A DNA stretch of 63,025 nucleotides, the filler included, from Rhabdomonas costata (lineage: Eukaryota), in assembly GCA_019059605.1 (NCBI GenBank). It is 26 parts of 26 records of this genome, joined end to end, with 100 filler letters (N's around TTAATTAATTAA, not from the genome) between each part and the next. Parts side by side here need not be neighbours in the genome. Positions count along the whole stretch, not along the records: positions 36,429 to 38,756 come from JAHMHO010004008.1; positions 38,857 to 41,184 come from JAHMHO010004009.1; positions 41,285 to 43,611 come from JAHMHO010004010.1; positions 43,712 to 46,038 come from JAHMHO010004011.1; positions 46,139 to 48,465 come from JAHMHO010004012.1; positions 48,566 to 50,892 come from JAHMHO010004013.1; 20 more parts are not named here. The stretch is one strand, 5' to 3'. Both the position numbers and the translations under genes were made by a program. Positions within the stretch are counted from its first letter, which is position 1. Each line of letters starts with the position of its first letter. This document shows positions 36,429-49,103 of this stretch, one piece after another. The notes under the pieces were generated by a model that had not been told where the DNA came from, did no database searches, and worked only from the letters and a program-made list of their open reading frames with translations.

Positions 36429-38350
36429 TTGTTCATGTAGCTCAATGCGGATTTGTACGTGCGCACTCTCACATAGGCACCTAACAAGTCGTACCTTCAC
36501 TTCTTGCGAGTATATACCAGGGATGGAATTTCCTTCTCGTAACAGCTAGTTTATCTCCAGTGTGGAGATCTTCCTAAACATGTAAGTTACCAGATTTATC
36601 TGCCTGTCATCTCCATCCTTGGATAACATCTGTGAGCAACACCATTGGTTTCCAAAAAAACATGAACCACAAGCTGTGTGCTTTTGCAGACTTTCTTTTA
36701 CGCTATAAAAAGAAGTTTCCTTCTTTTCTACACAAACACACTGCTTTTTTCTTCTTCGACAATTTGATAAGCTGTTCTGACACTTTAGCATAGTCTGGCA
36801 CAAACCGTGGGTAGAATCCCCGGAAACCCGGGCTCCGCAACTGTGGCCACTTGCGGATATATACCCTATTTCTGTGCTGTGGCCGTGTACCATTCGAACG
36901 CACAAGCCACAGTACTCTACCTTTAACTGAGCTAAAATACACTTTTGGGGGTTTCGAAAACAGCTTTTGTTTATCAAGTATTTGATACAATTTGCGCAAC
37001 GCTTACACCTGATGATTCATAGCGTCCGCGTATACCAGTATATCATCCACAAACACACCAGTATGGACTTCGAAATAATCAGGTATAAATACACCGTTCT
37101 ATAAAACGTGAACGGGGCGTTACAAAACACAACATTCATCACTACAACTCTATGCACTACACGTAATCCATGTGGATTCTGATCTGGTAAAAACCACAAT
37201 GCATGTCCAACTTCAAAAACCACTTTTGTTTGCCATCATTAACAGCCTTTAATCAACGCACAATCCCAATTTACAATTGTCATTGGACACAGACATAACT
37301 CATGTTACGTACGGCTATGTTTCTCGCTCGATAAAGCCTAGCTCCAAAAGTTCTTTAACTCCTTCTGCAGATCATTGTCATCTGATGGTGACATACGATA
37401 TAACATCTGGTATGATGTCTTACTATCTGTGTTCAAATATATTCTGTGGTAAGTAATCCTGGATGGAGTACTGACGACACAGCACCTTATTATGGAAAAC
37501 TCCTTGTTAAACGTTTTTAGACTTGGATAAAATGGTAAAACTTCACAGACGTGGAAACACATGGTGTGTTACACATCATTTATCAGTTTCTAGACTTCTT
37601 CTCTGCGATATTTGCGCAGCTTATCATTGTTTTCCACTGAAGCTGATGAGACTGCGCAATTTCTCTATGAAATTCTTGTATGCTTGCGATGCAACGCGAC
37701 ACAAAGCCTCATCAGAAAGTATCACATCGGCTTTGTAAATCTCCTCGTATACAAAACCTTTCGTTGTCAAATTGATCATATTCTAAGTTGCCGTCAACTG
37801 GTAAGGCTGGATCAAACGCTTCAACACTGGAAGAAATTGCTCCTGGCAGACGTCGCAAGTTGATGTGTTTCTGATTGGGAAAATTTGGATGCTTGTCCAC
37901 TGTTAGTTTTAAAGATTTCCTGTCCCATTTGTGGTTCTAATTGCGTGTGAGCATTATGGATGGTGTATGCTGCGGCGTTCGAGTATTATAAGAACTGCCG
38001 TCATCTTTGTCAGGAAACACAAGACTGACACTGGGACAAAATTGTCGACCACCAATGTGTCTCCGTCATAAATTCTGACTTACATCAACTGGTTTAAACG
38101 CTTGGTGTAACAACTCAGCATAGGTAGGAAGAACCTTTCGTAGTAAAAGATAAAGGAGACTTCATTGTGAGTCAGACGAATTTTCATAGTAGCTCAGAAG
38201 CTTTGTTAGTCGCAAAATGCTGTGAGAAGCTCAGAGGAGATTGCTTTAAAGAGCAGAGATCATTTGAGGCTTTGAAAGTGCTCAAAAAATTCAGGAACCC
38301 CACGAAAACTTCTAGAATTGGCGCGCTGTCAAACAAAGAAAAGAAAAGGC
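36429..38350 (-). mobile_element. Heavily decayed Ty3/gypsy pol (protease remnant, RT, RNase H)
   Basis: Across frameshifts and in the correct order: LYRMSP, KLGLCVD*RLL, KLDMHCGFYQIRI, FCNAPFTF, VFVDDILVY (about 37056-37030), KVEYCG, GFYPRFVPDYAKV, LVTYMFRKISTLEIN. Confidence 0.88.
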
Positions 38351-39299
38351 TGGATTGGAGATGTGGTTGGTACAAGTTCGGTGGCAAGGGATCTGAAAGA
38401 AGCGGCCGGAGGCAAGTGGTATGGCACAAAGATTGGGCGCGTGGCGCGAACAAAAAAGGGTGGGAAGCCTCACGTTTCGCTCCAAGGCACCAATCCACCC
38501 ATCACCCAAATCCCCTGAGGCGGTGTGCCGTTCACCCGCCGAGGTCCTAATCCGTCACACCTGGTAGAAGAGTAAACAGTTACGACCTAAGCCGGTTTCT
38601 ACATTTTCCAAGGCAAGGCGTCGATCGCCAATCCCAGGACGAAACCGAAGTCGCTGACAAGGCTTCGTGCGCAAGCTGTGGGAATATTTTCTCCCACCCC
38701 ACGTGTTTTTTTCTGTGAAACAGGACAGTGGTCATAGCCATAGTCCCACCACAACANNNNNNNNNNNNNNNNNNNNNNNNNNNNNNNNNNNNNNNNNNNN
38801 TTAATTAATTAANNNNNNNNNNNNNNNNNNNNNNNNNNNNNNNNNNNNNNNNNNNNGTTGGGGTGGTTCTGCGATTTGAGACCGTGATAAGCAGGGAGAC
38901 GGTCCGGTCTGCCTGCTGCGACTTGCAAAGGCCCCTAAGTTTTCTTGAAGAGTGGGGTTTGGGGGCATTCCTACTATCTCTTGCCCCGTTGTGGAACCCT
39001 CCGGTCCAACTTCGAGCACAACATCAAGCAACCATCAAGAACAGGTGTCCTAGCCTTCCACCCTGCACCCAGCGACAAAGCAGAAATTACCTCTGGAAAT
39101 GGTCCGCACTTCACTTCACGGTCGGTGGTCAAGGGTTCCAAAATCCACCAACATAAAAAAGAATCTGTCACTTCAAAAACCACTCAGCTCTCCCGACAAA
39201 AACGCCATTATCCATTAAAACCGACAATCATGCTGTGCATGCGGTTTACCACTGTCCGTCGACAAGGATGCAATCAATTGAATGCCCGTGAACCAGCGC

Positions 39300-41050
39300 A
39301 AAAGCCTTCAGGAAAAAAGAACAAAGTGGCAAACCTCTTCCGTTCGACACGTGATCATGTATTGCAGAAGAGCCGGCGGTACTCCAGCGAAAAGGGTGAG
39401 CTCGTCCGCAGTGAGCGAGCGCCTCATCTGCCGAACTACCGCACGCATCGCTGGGGGAACTCTGGCCTCAACCACGGCATGACTCTTCTTCGCAGCCTGG
39501 CAGACCACTCTGAGCTGCACCAATGTCAGCTCCAGATTCACACCTGCGGAGGAAAGAGACCACAAAACCAACGCTTTGCGCGAACCCCTTCTGTCGCGTC
39601 GGGAGCTTCACACAACAGCCAACCTCGAACCACTGGATATGTACAACATCCGGAATTTCATCACCGGGGGCTGACCACAACAGAATCAATGTGATGCCAG
39701 AAGCGCTAAAGGTAGGTGAAATGAGCGGAGGGCTGCTTCTGCATCTTCAGGAGCCTTCGGACCTTGGCAAGTCGCTCAAGGCGCGCTTGCTGTGAGGTGG
39801 AGGGAGGGGTGCTGCTATTCTCTCTTCCGCTTGGAGGAGGAACCGTACTCGCTGGGGTACGTTAGGGGCGAACACGCAACGCCGTCCCAGAGAAGGCATC
39901 ACTCTGGTGTCCTCCTGTAGCTGGGTCGCCGCCATCAGCGTTTCTCGCCGGCGTAGGACTTCAGGAATCGAGCCGTCATGCCCACCTCTCCTTGAGCAGG
40001 GCGGAAACCAATCACAAGCATTTCAAAACAGTAATTGTGCACTCTGGGGAATAAGCCCACTAGCCAGCAGGAAGAGGTGAGGTAGTAACCCACCCTTTGG
40101 GGAGTGCCACACTGACACTCCGCAAATCTGCGGCTTTGTTCCTGTCGTGGGCCTTCACCCTTTCCAGTACCGGGGTGGGGGTGACAGCATGACAGAAACT
40201 GACGCAACAGGGTGTGCTCCCAGCACGAAAGAGTGGAGCTGGTCGACCGGCCCCACGAAGAGATAAGCTGTAACACACTCCCGAGTCTGTGAGACTCCGA
40301 GGGGGCGGAGGCTAAAACCTCGCCACCGTACAGAGACCTACGAGCTTGCATTGCGTCGAATGGCGGGGATCCACCACGTGGCATTGGCGTCCAATTCAGG
40401 TCCGTCAAGACCGGGAGTAGGCTCCACCCACTGAGGTCCCAGACGGGTGGCCAGGAACCGGTGCAGAGTCCCGACCAGACTGGGCAAATTCGCCAGTGTA
40501 AACAGCCATTGCAGGCGGCGGGGGGGTCAGTCACCCAAACCAAAACGAGGGTCGTTGCTGTTGCTGTTTTTCTGCGGAAGCCTTCCTCCCAATAACAAAA
40601 AGATAACTCAGATCAGATCTTCGCCGGTGCTCTCCGCCGCGGGCTCACCGCGGAGGAGAGCACCGGCGAAGATCTCAGCCAGAGCCATTTGGGGAGAGCT
40701 AGGCCGGAAGCTTCAAAAATGGGAACTCATCGGTTGAGGAACAGAGCAAAAGATCTGGAGAGGTGAACGGCGGAACAGCAAGAGGTTCATGGTAACCAAA
40801 CACTGGAACCGAATTGAGGGAGGGAAATGTTTCTATCAGGGAGGAAGTCAAGGCCCCCTGATAATGTGCGAGGGATGGATGCGCCCTTCTCAGAGACTTC
40901 TTGGTCATGGGCTGGGAGACAATACCCCCTTACACGCTACAGTGTCATATTGGTTCATAGCCTATCACATAGTTCCAGCATAGCAAAGCCTGCCATACTT
41001 CGGAGGGAGTGGTCCGGAGGGGGTAACTGAACAGTCGAACAACGTTGTGG
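39300..41050 (-). mobile_element. Possible decayed non-LTR retrotransposon with an RNase H-like domain
   Basis: LPPKYGRLCY (about 41010-40980, resembling the post-RT LPxxxGGLG motif) and later RVKAHDRNKAAD (about 40163-40128, resembling the RNase H motif WVKAH..GNE.AD). Frames are broken by stops. Confidence 0.45.
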
Positions 41051-41136
41051 TGTAACTCTGTTGGACCGCTTAACAGTCCTCCACCCCAAGCGTCTCATAC
41101 CGTGGGATCGACGCTTGTGGGATCAGATCACCAAGA

Positions 41137-41160
41137 ACACACACACACACACACACACAC
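41137..41160. repeat. (AC)n microsatellite
   Basis: Read directly from the sequence. Confidence 0.85.
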
Positions 41161-41316
41161 AACACAACCAACCACACCCAACACNNNNNNNNNNNNNNNN
41201 NNNNNNNNNNNNNNNNNNNNNNNNNNNNTTAATTAATTAANNNNNNNNNNNNNNNNNNNNNNNNNNNNNNNNNNNNNNNNNNNNTTGTTGTTCTAGATTT
41301 TTTTCTTCGTGTTTTT

Positions 41317-43611
41317 GTGCTTTTTGTTGTCCCCGTAATGCCATGCTCGACCTCCGTCATTTTGGTCTTCTGCCTCTCCGCAGTGGTCACGTTGTGCGCC
41401 TCCAGCTTGATTGCATGGAAAATTGAAGCCTATCGATCAGAGAATGCTGACCTGACTTCCTCCTTGGCAGGGCAGAACAAGGTCTTGTACATATCGAATG
41501 CCGCTGTTCAGCTTCGCAGAATGCAGGATTTCCTCAGACGGGAGGTTTCGCGGATGCGGCTATCTTTGAATGAGACGCGGCGGCTTGTCTTCGCACTTGT
41601 GTCAGGGGACCCGAGCATTCGCACCTCCTCTGGGGCACTTGCGGTAGTAAATGCCACGTTGTTTGGGGAATGGGCGCACCGGGTGACCTTCCCTGAGGAG
41701 CAGTATGGGTTTGCAGTGAACTTTCTGTTCCCCCCTGACACTAGGGCTGTGACTTCGGTTCAGTCCCTCCAGACATACGCAGATCCGCTCATCGATGGAG
41801 GCCTGCAACCCATTCACGCATACACCAACCCAGCAACCTCGGTTACCTCTGCGTACCAGATTAACCTGGTGCCCGCTGCAAATGTTCAAGGTTCGGCCAC
41901 AGGAGATGTCCTGGTTCCCGTGCTGGACACCTCTGTCGTGCAATACAACTTTTCCTACTTCTCGTCTGCAGTTCTGGGTTTAGGGTACCCATCCAGGTTC
42001 GACATTCTTCCTTGGACGTCGAGCGATGGCAATCCGTGGTGGTTCGTGCAGCAGAGCAGCTGGGTGCAGATCTGGGGTGTCAATATCATCGCACAATCGT
42101 ACGCCTCTACGGTGTACTGGGGCCAAAATTTGGCATCCCTCATCACGTCGCCGAACACGTACTTCCTCCTATTTGGCGCAAGCCTTACCCCACTGGCGAC
42201 GTCATACCCTCCTGCTCTCACTCAACTCCGCTCGTGCATTGAGAGCCAGCTGCCTCTGTCGAATACTCTGTCATGCATCACGATTCCGCTGAACAGCACG
42301 GAGAGCCCACCGCTGTTCCAATTCATCGACAGCACAATAATCTCTCGGATTGGGGACCCAAGATACTTCACACCAAGCCCGAATGACCCCGGAGTAACCT
42401 TCACCTCTGCATCTTTTGGAGGTCAGGCCATTGACTTTGTCTGGGTCGACCCCATTCTGCTGGAAGGTCCAGCAAACGAAAAGTTTGCCTTGCTGTGGTT
42501 TCAGTTTGACTCTGGAGTCCTGACAAGCACATCCGCGACGAGCACCAGTGCTGGCACGGTTTCGGCGCTGGTCGCCTTCATTATCATTGTTGCAGTGTTC
42601 TCGACTGTGGGAGTCGGTCTGCTCATCCAGAAGTCGTTTCTTCATCCCTTAAGCGATATTACAGCCGACATGACTGCGGTAGCACACCTCGAGATGGACC
42701 TTGTGCGGGTCACCCACGCTGAGTCTCACGTCGAGTTCTCCGAGATGCGGAAGTTGCGTGGGGCCTTCCGAATGATGGCGCAGTCCATCCAGTGGTTTCT
42801 GCTGTACCTTCCGAGAGACGTAGTGAAGGATATTCTCGCAGCAGAGAGAACCTCGACATCTGTTCGCGAGCTTTCGGAGAAAAAGCTCGTCGTAATCTTC
42901 TGCGACATTCGAGGATTCACCTCCGCCACTTCCACCCTTCGCGACCACGTGGACACCTTCGTGGAACTTCTTCAGCTTTACTTCGAGCAGTGCTCCAACG
43001 CTTTGACCGCAGAGGGCTGCACGATCGACAAGTTCATCGGTGATGCCATCATGGGATTTTGGGGCGCCCCTCTCCCCTGCTCAGCGAAGAACACCTGCGG
43101 CTGCTTCGGAGCACTTGCGCTGCAGGCGGTTGTGCGGATGCTTTTGGATGAGTTTATGGAACACGGGTGGGCTCTTTCTGTGCGGGTGGGCCTGCACCAC
43201 GGGATGGCCATGGTTGGCAGCGTGGGCTCCAAACGCCGACTGAACTATACTGCGCTTGGTGAGACTGTGAACATCGCATCCCGGCTGGAGGGGCTTTGTA
43301 ACGTCAACGGGGCGGCGATTTCGGTGTCCGCCGACGTGGTGGCCGGGGTGCTGGAGGAGTTGGGCAGCAGCGACGTGTATTCTGGCGGCGCTGAAGTTGG
43401 CGACTTGATTTTCCGGCGAACGGGCTTGTATATCCTGAAGGGCCTCACTGAGCCTATAACGGTGTACGAGCTCGTGGGTACCATTTCCACGAAGCACGTT
43501 GGGGACGCATGGAGAGCCGTCGCCCTGCCCAAAACTGGGACGAGCAGGCACTCCTCGTTGGTCTCCGGGATTTCGCAAATGCTGGAGGTCACGCGGGTGT
43601 CCCCAACCAAC
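41317..43611 (+). CDS. Receptor-type class III adenylate cyclase (TM - extracellular domain - TM - HAMP-like - cyclase), 3' partial, no intron in view
   Basis: About 765 uninterrupted codons with two hydrophobic helices and the motifs FCDIRGFT, IDKFIGDAIMGFWGAP, RVGLHHG and NYTALGETVNIASRLEG. Confidence 0.95.
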
Positions 43612-43711
43612 NNNNNNNNNNNNNNNNNNNNNNNNNNNNNNNNNNNNNNNNNNNNTTAATTAATTAANNNNNNNNNNNNNNNNNNNNNNNNNNNNNNNNN
43701 NNNNNNNNNNN

Positions 43712-44075
43712 TGAGGAGTCTGCAAGCTGGAGAGCCTCACTTGACCTACCTCATTCAGTGAGGAAAACAACCTTTCTGCAGTCTGCGTATGGAGCACAGC
43801 TGTGAGTTGCTGCTGCAGGTCTTTCGTGTCTGGTGAGAAGGAAGGGAGAAGCTGGTTTGAGGCTCCGACCCGCTGAAGAAAACCTTGCCTAGCTGCTTCG
43901 AGAAGTCGACCATAGAAATTAGGGTCCGCACCCAGATCAGAAGAGAGTGTCTCTGCCCTGATCAATGCCGCGAGACGGGCGGACTCACGAATCGACCAGG
44001 GGTCCTGCAGCCCAAGACCACCGGATCGACTTGGAAGAGAAGCATGCGCCCATTGCACTGGTGACACGGCACAGC
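43712..44075 (-). mobile_element. Non-LTR retrotransposon fragment (CRE/R2-like, post-RT region)
   Basis: QWAHASLPSRSGGLGLQDP...ARLAAL...QQQLT...RLSSLQTP. Truncated at about 44075. Confidence 0.8.
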
Positions 44076-44140
44076 CGATCAGCTTCTCATGATCTCATTT
44101 GTTTTGATATATCTTCTTCTTTTTCATTGTCAATCTCTTG

Positions 44141-44220
44141 TTATCAAAGATCTATTATCAAAGATTTATTATCAAAGTTGTTTATTATCAAAGATCATCA
44201 AAGATTTATTATCAAAGATG
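44141..44220. repeat. AT-rich minisatellite, unit about TTATCAAAGATTTA, 6 copies
   Basis: Six ATCAAAG cores at 10-16 bp spacing. Confidence 0.9.
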
Positions 44221-45133
44221 TTTTATACATAAAACATCTGTATACCTGTAGGTTTCTCGGGATTATTGTTTAATGATAGAATATTATCACGTTTGTATTG
44301 TCTCCGACTGTAAAAGACTCCCTAGGTGCTGAACTCACCACTCACTCGCTCGCAATAAACAAGAGCAAGGGGAGGACTCTCATGAGACTGCACGAAAAGA
44401 TCAGCAGGGCGGCGAGCAGAGCCCTCCATCCCTGCGGCGAACCACAAAACTCAAACCCGACTCCGACAGGCCAGTGCCAAGTTCATTTCGGAATGAGTCC
44501 ATATGCCACATGAAAAGCAACACAGGCACTGGTCGCTGAAAGGATCCTGGGGGGCTTGGCACGAAAAACAGAGAAATGGGGAATTGGGAGTGAGCGAAAC
44601 ACTGAGTCACCAACGAAAAATGCACTTGCTCGCAACGGCGCCCACGCGGGCAGCATTAATCCTCTCAAATTGCGCGGTGCTCAAGGGTACGGACTGACAG
44701 CAACGGTGGGCGCACCTGTCGGGAAAAATGATTTGGTGACCTGGATGATAGGGAGGAAAACCATGCGCGAATCGGGGGGCTAAGGCCCAAAGAAGGCAGT
44801 GTAAAATTCAAACCAGGAACCCGAGAAGCAGGGGAGAGGGGAACAATATACAAACGGCAGCCCAAAAGAATTTCATTGCAAAAAAACTGCGAAAAAAATG
44901 CAAATGCAAAAGAGTGCAATTCAAATCAAAACTTTCTTCCGGGTCGATTTTTGGCTGCAGCATCGTAAGAACACCAAACCCTGTCACATTATTTGCCCAG
45001 GATGCTCACGCCGACCTCTCTTGGCCAGTCCACTACCCCTCAGCTGTCGCCTGCACTGCCGCAGCCCCCTCAGACAAGGTTCCTCCTTCTTCACGTCCTC
45101 TTTTTCCTTGAATGATAGTTTCTTGCCGTTCAA

Positions 45134-46030
45134 ATGGAGTTAATGGAGGACGCCACGCCCCAATACTCGACCCAAGCGTCTTCCTTAGCCACTCAGCTAC
45201 CACTATTGCAGATCCCCCCGCCGCGTTCTCTTGAAAATTGCTTTCTCTCCAGCGCGGCCCTGGTCGAAGCCTGTCTGAACACTGCGGAAGCCCCCTTGCC
45301 GAAACTTTACATCCACCAGCTGTCCACAAACTGCATGGGACCGTGGATGCTTCTTCGAGAGGCTGGAATTCCGTTTGAGCTGATCGAAGTGGACTTCACC
45401 AAGGGGGACACTCATACCCCAGAGTTCCTCTCAATGAACCCCATGGGGAAGGTGCGTGGACCCGGCCGCCCTTGGGCTCACGCGGGACTGATATTTTTTG
45501 GGGGAGGGGCAAGAGGGGTGCTTCGACTTTGCACAGTGGTTGGGTTACAGTGGCGCTCTTTTTTGCCTTGAGTGCAGGCACATTTTGACCAGGAGAAGGA
45601 GCAGTTACCTCCTCAACTCGCACATTTTTCACCTGACGTTACTCCCTTCCCCCTCCCTCCATTTTGTGTCCCAGACGCATTTGTTTCTTGTTTGACTGCC
45701 CCGTGGGCACAAAACCCTTTCACGGAAACACGAAGACGTTTATCCTTTGGTTTGGGATTTTTTTTTTGGAACAGGTGCCAACTTATGTTGAGTCCGACGG
45801 CTCTGTCATCTGGGAGAGCAACGCTATTATGCGCTACATCTGCGAGCGGCACGCAATTCCGGAGCACTTCTATCCTCGTGACGTATGGCATTTTTCTCCA
45901 CCGAACTAGTGCACTCGCATAACGTCTCCTACTATGTGGGTGAGGGTTTCGACCGCAGGTCAACCTTCGTGGGCGTATCGAGATGGCGCTGGACTGGCGG
46001 CAGAGTGTGCTCTATCCCAATCTTGCCAAG
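45134..46030 (+). CDS. Glutathione S-transferase (theta-like), 3' partial
   Basis: Exons up to 45451 (FLSMNPMGK), 45775-45882 (VPTYVESDGSVIWESNAIMRYI) and 45959-46030 (LRGRIEMALDW). The start codon is uncertain. Confidence 0.9.
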
Positions 46031-46138
46031 GTCAGCGCNNNNNNNNNNNNNNNNNNNNNNNNNNNNNNNNNNNNNNNNNNNNTTAATTAATTAANNNNNN
46101 NNNNNNNNNNNNNNNNNNNNNNNNNNNNNNNNNNNNNN

Positions 46139-46891
46139 GTTTTTTGTGTTCTACTGCAAGCGCGACATCCACCCTGTCGTTGATATTAAGCGGTACCTGA
46201 GGAAGGCGCATGTGCACAAAATGGAGAAAAGCCTTGATGCGTATCATGGGTTTAGCAGCAGATTTTGTGTTCGTGAGAAAAATTGCTTACCTCAGTCAAT
46301 GTCTGCATGTCAAACAATTTAATATTTCGTGCACGATTCTGTAACTGTGAAATCACCAGTCCAAGAACCAGCCTCCTTCAAGCTTTCAAGAGAGCCGGAA
46401 TGTTTTTGGAGGACGCCACCATTCAAGCACAGGCACTTCGCCAAGAAACGGGGCGTGCTAGGATCGATAAATACCCGTGTTTCAGGGTCTGGTTTTGGCA
46501 CGGACGTACTTTTGTCGTTTGAGTTTCGAGAGTGCTGGCATGTACCTGACCGTACCTGACCGGGTGTAAGTTAATTTAGCAGAAGTTAAGGCAGTTTTCT
46601 GTTACGCGGGTACCCCCCCCTCCCTTCAATTCCCTTGGGCCGTATGTAGAAATCGAGCAGCTCAACCTGGGCGGCGCTGGTGATAGCCTTCACCCTCTGC
46701 GCAACTTCCAGAAACGTCCTCGTGGGAGTGTCCTTTTCGCGAATCTGAATCATTGTGGCGCCGCCCTTAATCGCCGCTCGAACGACATCCTCGGTGCTGC
46801 GGGAACCTTGAAGCACGCGGTCCGTGAGCACACAAAGGGTGTAGTCCACGGGCCGCAGCGAAGTGGGCCGGAAAAAGTGCGCCAAGCGCAT
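46139..46891 (-). CDS. thiE: Thiamine-phosphate synthase (ThiE domain), 5' exons
   Basis: VDYTLCVLTDR...AAIKGGATMIQIREK...AQ|VPLNINDRVDVALAV, split by a GT-AG intron. Confidence 0.92.
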
Positions 46892-47757
46892 TATGGAAAA
46901 CAACGCGTGAACAGGACAAAACACTGGAACACCAATCAGCTGGATGAAGGAAGAGAGTCGAGAGTGGATGCGATATTCATCATCTGATGAAAAGTCAATG
47001 GATGCTAGGGGGACTTACTTCAACGTTTCGCTCCACGATACGACAGCCACGAACGTATTCAGGGTCACACGTTTGCCAACTGCTATGAACGGGGACCAAA
47101 CCTAAATCTAATATGCCTTAATAGCTGACATCAAATAGTAACAAACCGCTGTGGTCACGATGTTCGCCGAAGAACTGCAACTGTCCTTTACAACGGTGCA
47201 GAAATCACCCCATTTATCATCACTGGTCAACGCAGCTGTTTTCCTAATCGGCGATAGGGCTTGCGCTTCCTGACTGGCTTGACACATTTGAAGGTACAAA
47301 ACATTTTCGAGAGGTTATCTTTTGTCCTGGGAATTCAGCCAAACATCCAACGCGAATTCCTGAGACACTACCTTCATGAATACGGGTAATGTTGGTGGTG
47401 TGCAACTGCTAAACATAGTGCCAAGATAGATCCTGAGATGATGACGATGTGTCTGGAGTCCTTCATGCAACGCGTACTCCTCAACCCATAACAACCATAC
47501 ATTGATTCATGCTACCTGAGGCCTTGTGTGAGTAATGCGCACTACCAGATGATGGCCAAGTGAAAATGGGACTACCTACGCGTAGAATTGAGTAGAATGC
47601 TATGCGTAGATTGCTGAGATCTCATGCTCCTACCATCTGAGGCCTAAAGTGTGAAATCCGAAGCCTCCTCTCTGGGGTTGTTGTAAAAATAAAACCAAAA
47701 ACAGTGAAAAACTTGCCTTCAGAATGACAACGAGTGCAAGCATGATGGCATCGCTTG

Positions 47758-47779
47758 AGTGAGAGAGAGAGAGAGAGAG
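47758..47779. repeat. (GA)n microsatellite
   Basis: Read directly from the sequence. Confidence 0.8.
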
Positions 47780-49103
47780 TAAGAAATGTGCTTTGAATCC
47801 ACCACCCCATGACATGAGGCCCGGCACATCCAACCGTGGGCATGTTACCTGCTATATGATGACATCAAGAGGGGGGCTGCTACTCCGGCTCACCGCAATC
47901 AACATAATGCGAGAGACCACGGGGAGTAAGAATGCCTAAAGCCTTGAATGCAACTACGAGAAAGATGCATAACCCAATGGAGTAATACCCGCTAAGCCCT
48001 TCATGCGATGTCACCACCAACGCAGACGCCTCTATAATTTTAATGAGTGCTGATGATGCCTGATGCCTACCACTGTCCTGCCATGACCAACGGGGATTGA
48101 GAATGAAGATGCCAGGGCCCAACGCATGCTGATGCCAAGATCCCCAAAGAATAACCTCAATGCTAAGATTGCATGACGAAGCGTAATAGGCCGTAGGGTT
48201 GCATGGGGCCCCTGCAGGAGCAAATGACCGGGCTCCCAGGCTCACTTGCAGTCCGCATGGTCAGCGAAGATAGCCAACAGGGATACAGCATCACATAAAG
48301 CCAAGATCCATACCCGTAGAAAAGACCCTCAACAAAGGACCCTCACGAACCTAGTGAAGAGGAAGAAGGACCGAACACACTGTGAAAAAAACTGGAGACC
48401 ACACCGAATGAAGCAACAGGCCCATGTGGAACTTCAGTGTTTGGGATTTTGGCGATTCACCACACNNNNNNNNNNNNNNNNNNNNNNNNNNNNNNNNNNN
48501 NNNNNNNNNTTAATTAATTAANNNNNNNNNNNNNNNNNNNNNNNNNNNNNNNNNNNNNNNNNNNNTTTTGTTTGTATAGACTATTTTACAGCATCTGCCC
48601 TTTCTGTAGATTTTTGCTGCTTTTTTGTCTTTAGTTTCTTTGCCCGCTCTTGGTTTCCCTCCGCTGCACCTTGCTGAACAATAGCTATCGTGCATGAAAA
48701 AAAACGCACGTGGCTCCTACTTCAACTACGCATATCTACTACTGAGGCGCCAAGCCTCCAAGACTGCACATGCGGCAGCCGTCTTTCTGAAAAAAGCGAA
48801 TTTGAAACAGGAACAGGATTGTCGTGATGTATATCATCATAAATAACAAGTGCAAGGCTTTGCACACTTCTTCGTGTCACCAAGAGTTGGCGAGTCATTC
48901 GGACGTCGGATGTTGTAAACCTTGATCGCACGACCAAGCAGTTGCCAAAGTGCCCACAAAAAATTCCGCCGCAAACCCGATAAAGTATGACCACGAGCGA
49001 ACCCATCAGGGCAGCCCAGAATGCAGCATCAATGAACATGCACAGCGTACATCACAACAGACTCATGTCAGTACTCACCCAGTAACGGGGCCCTGGCCAG
49101 CAC

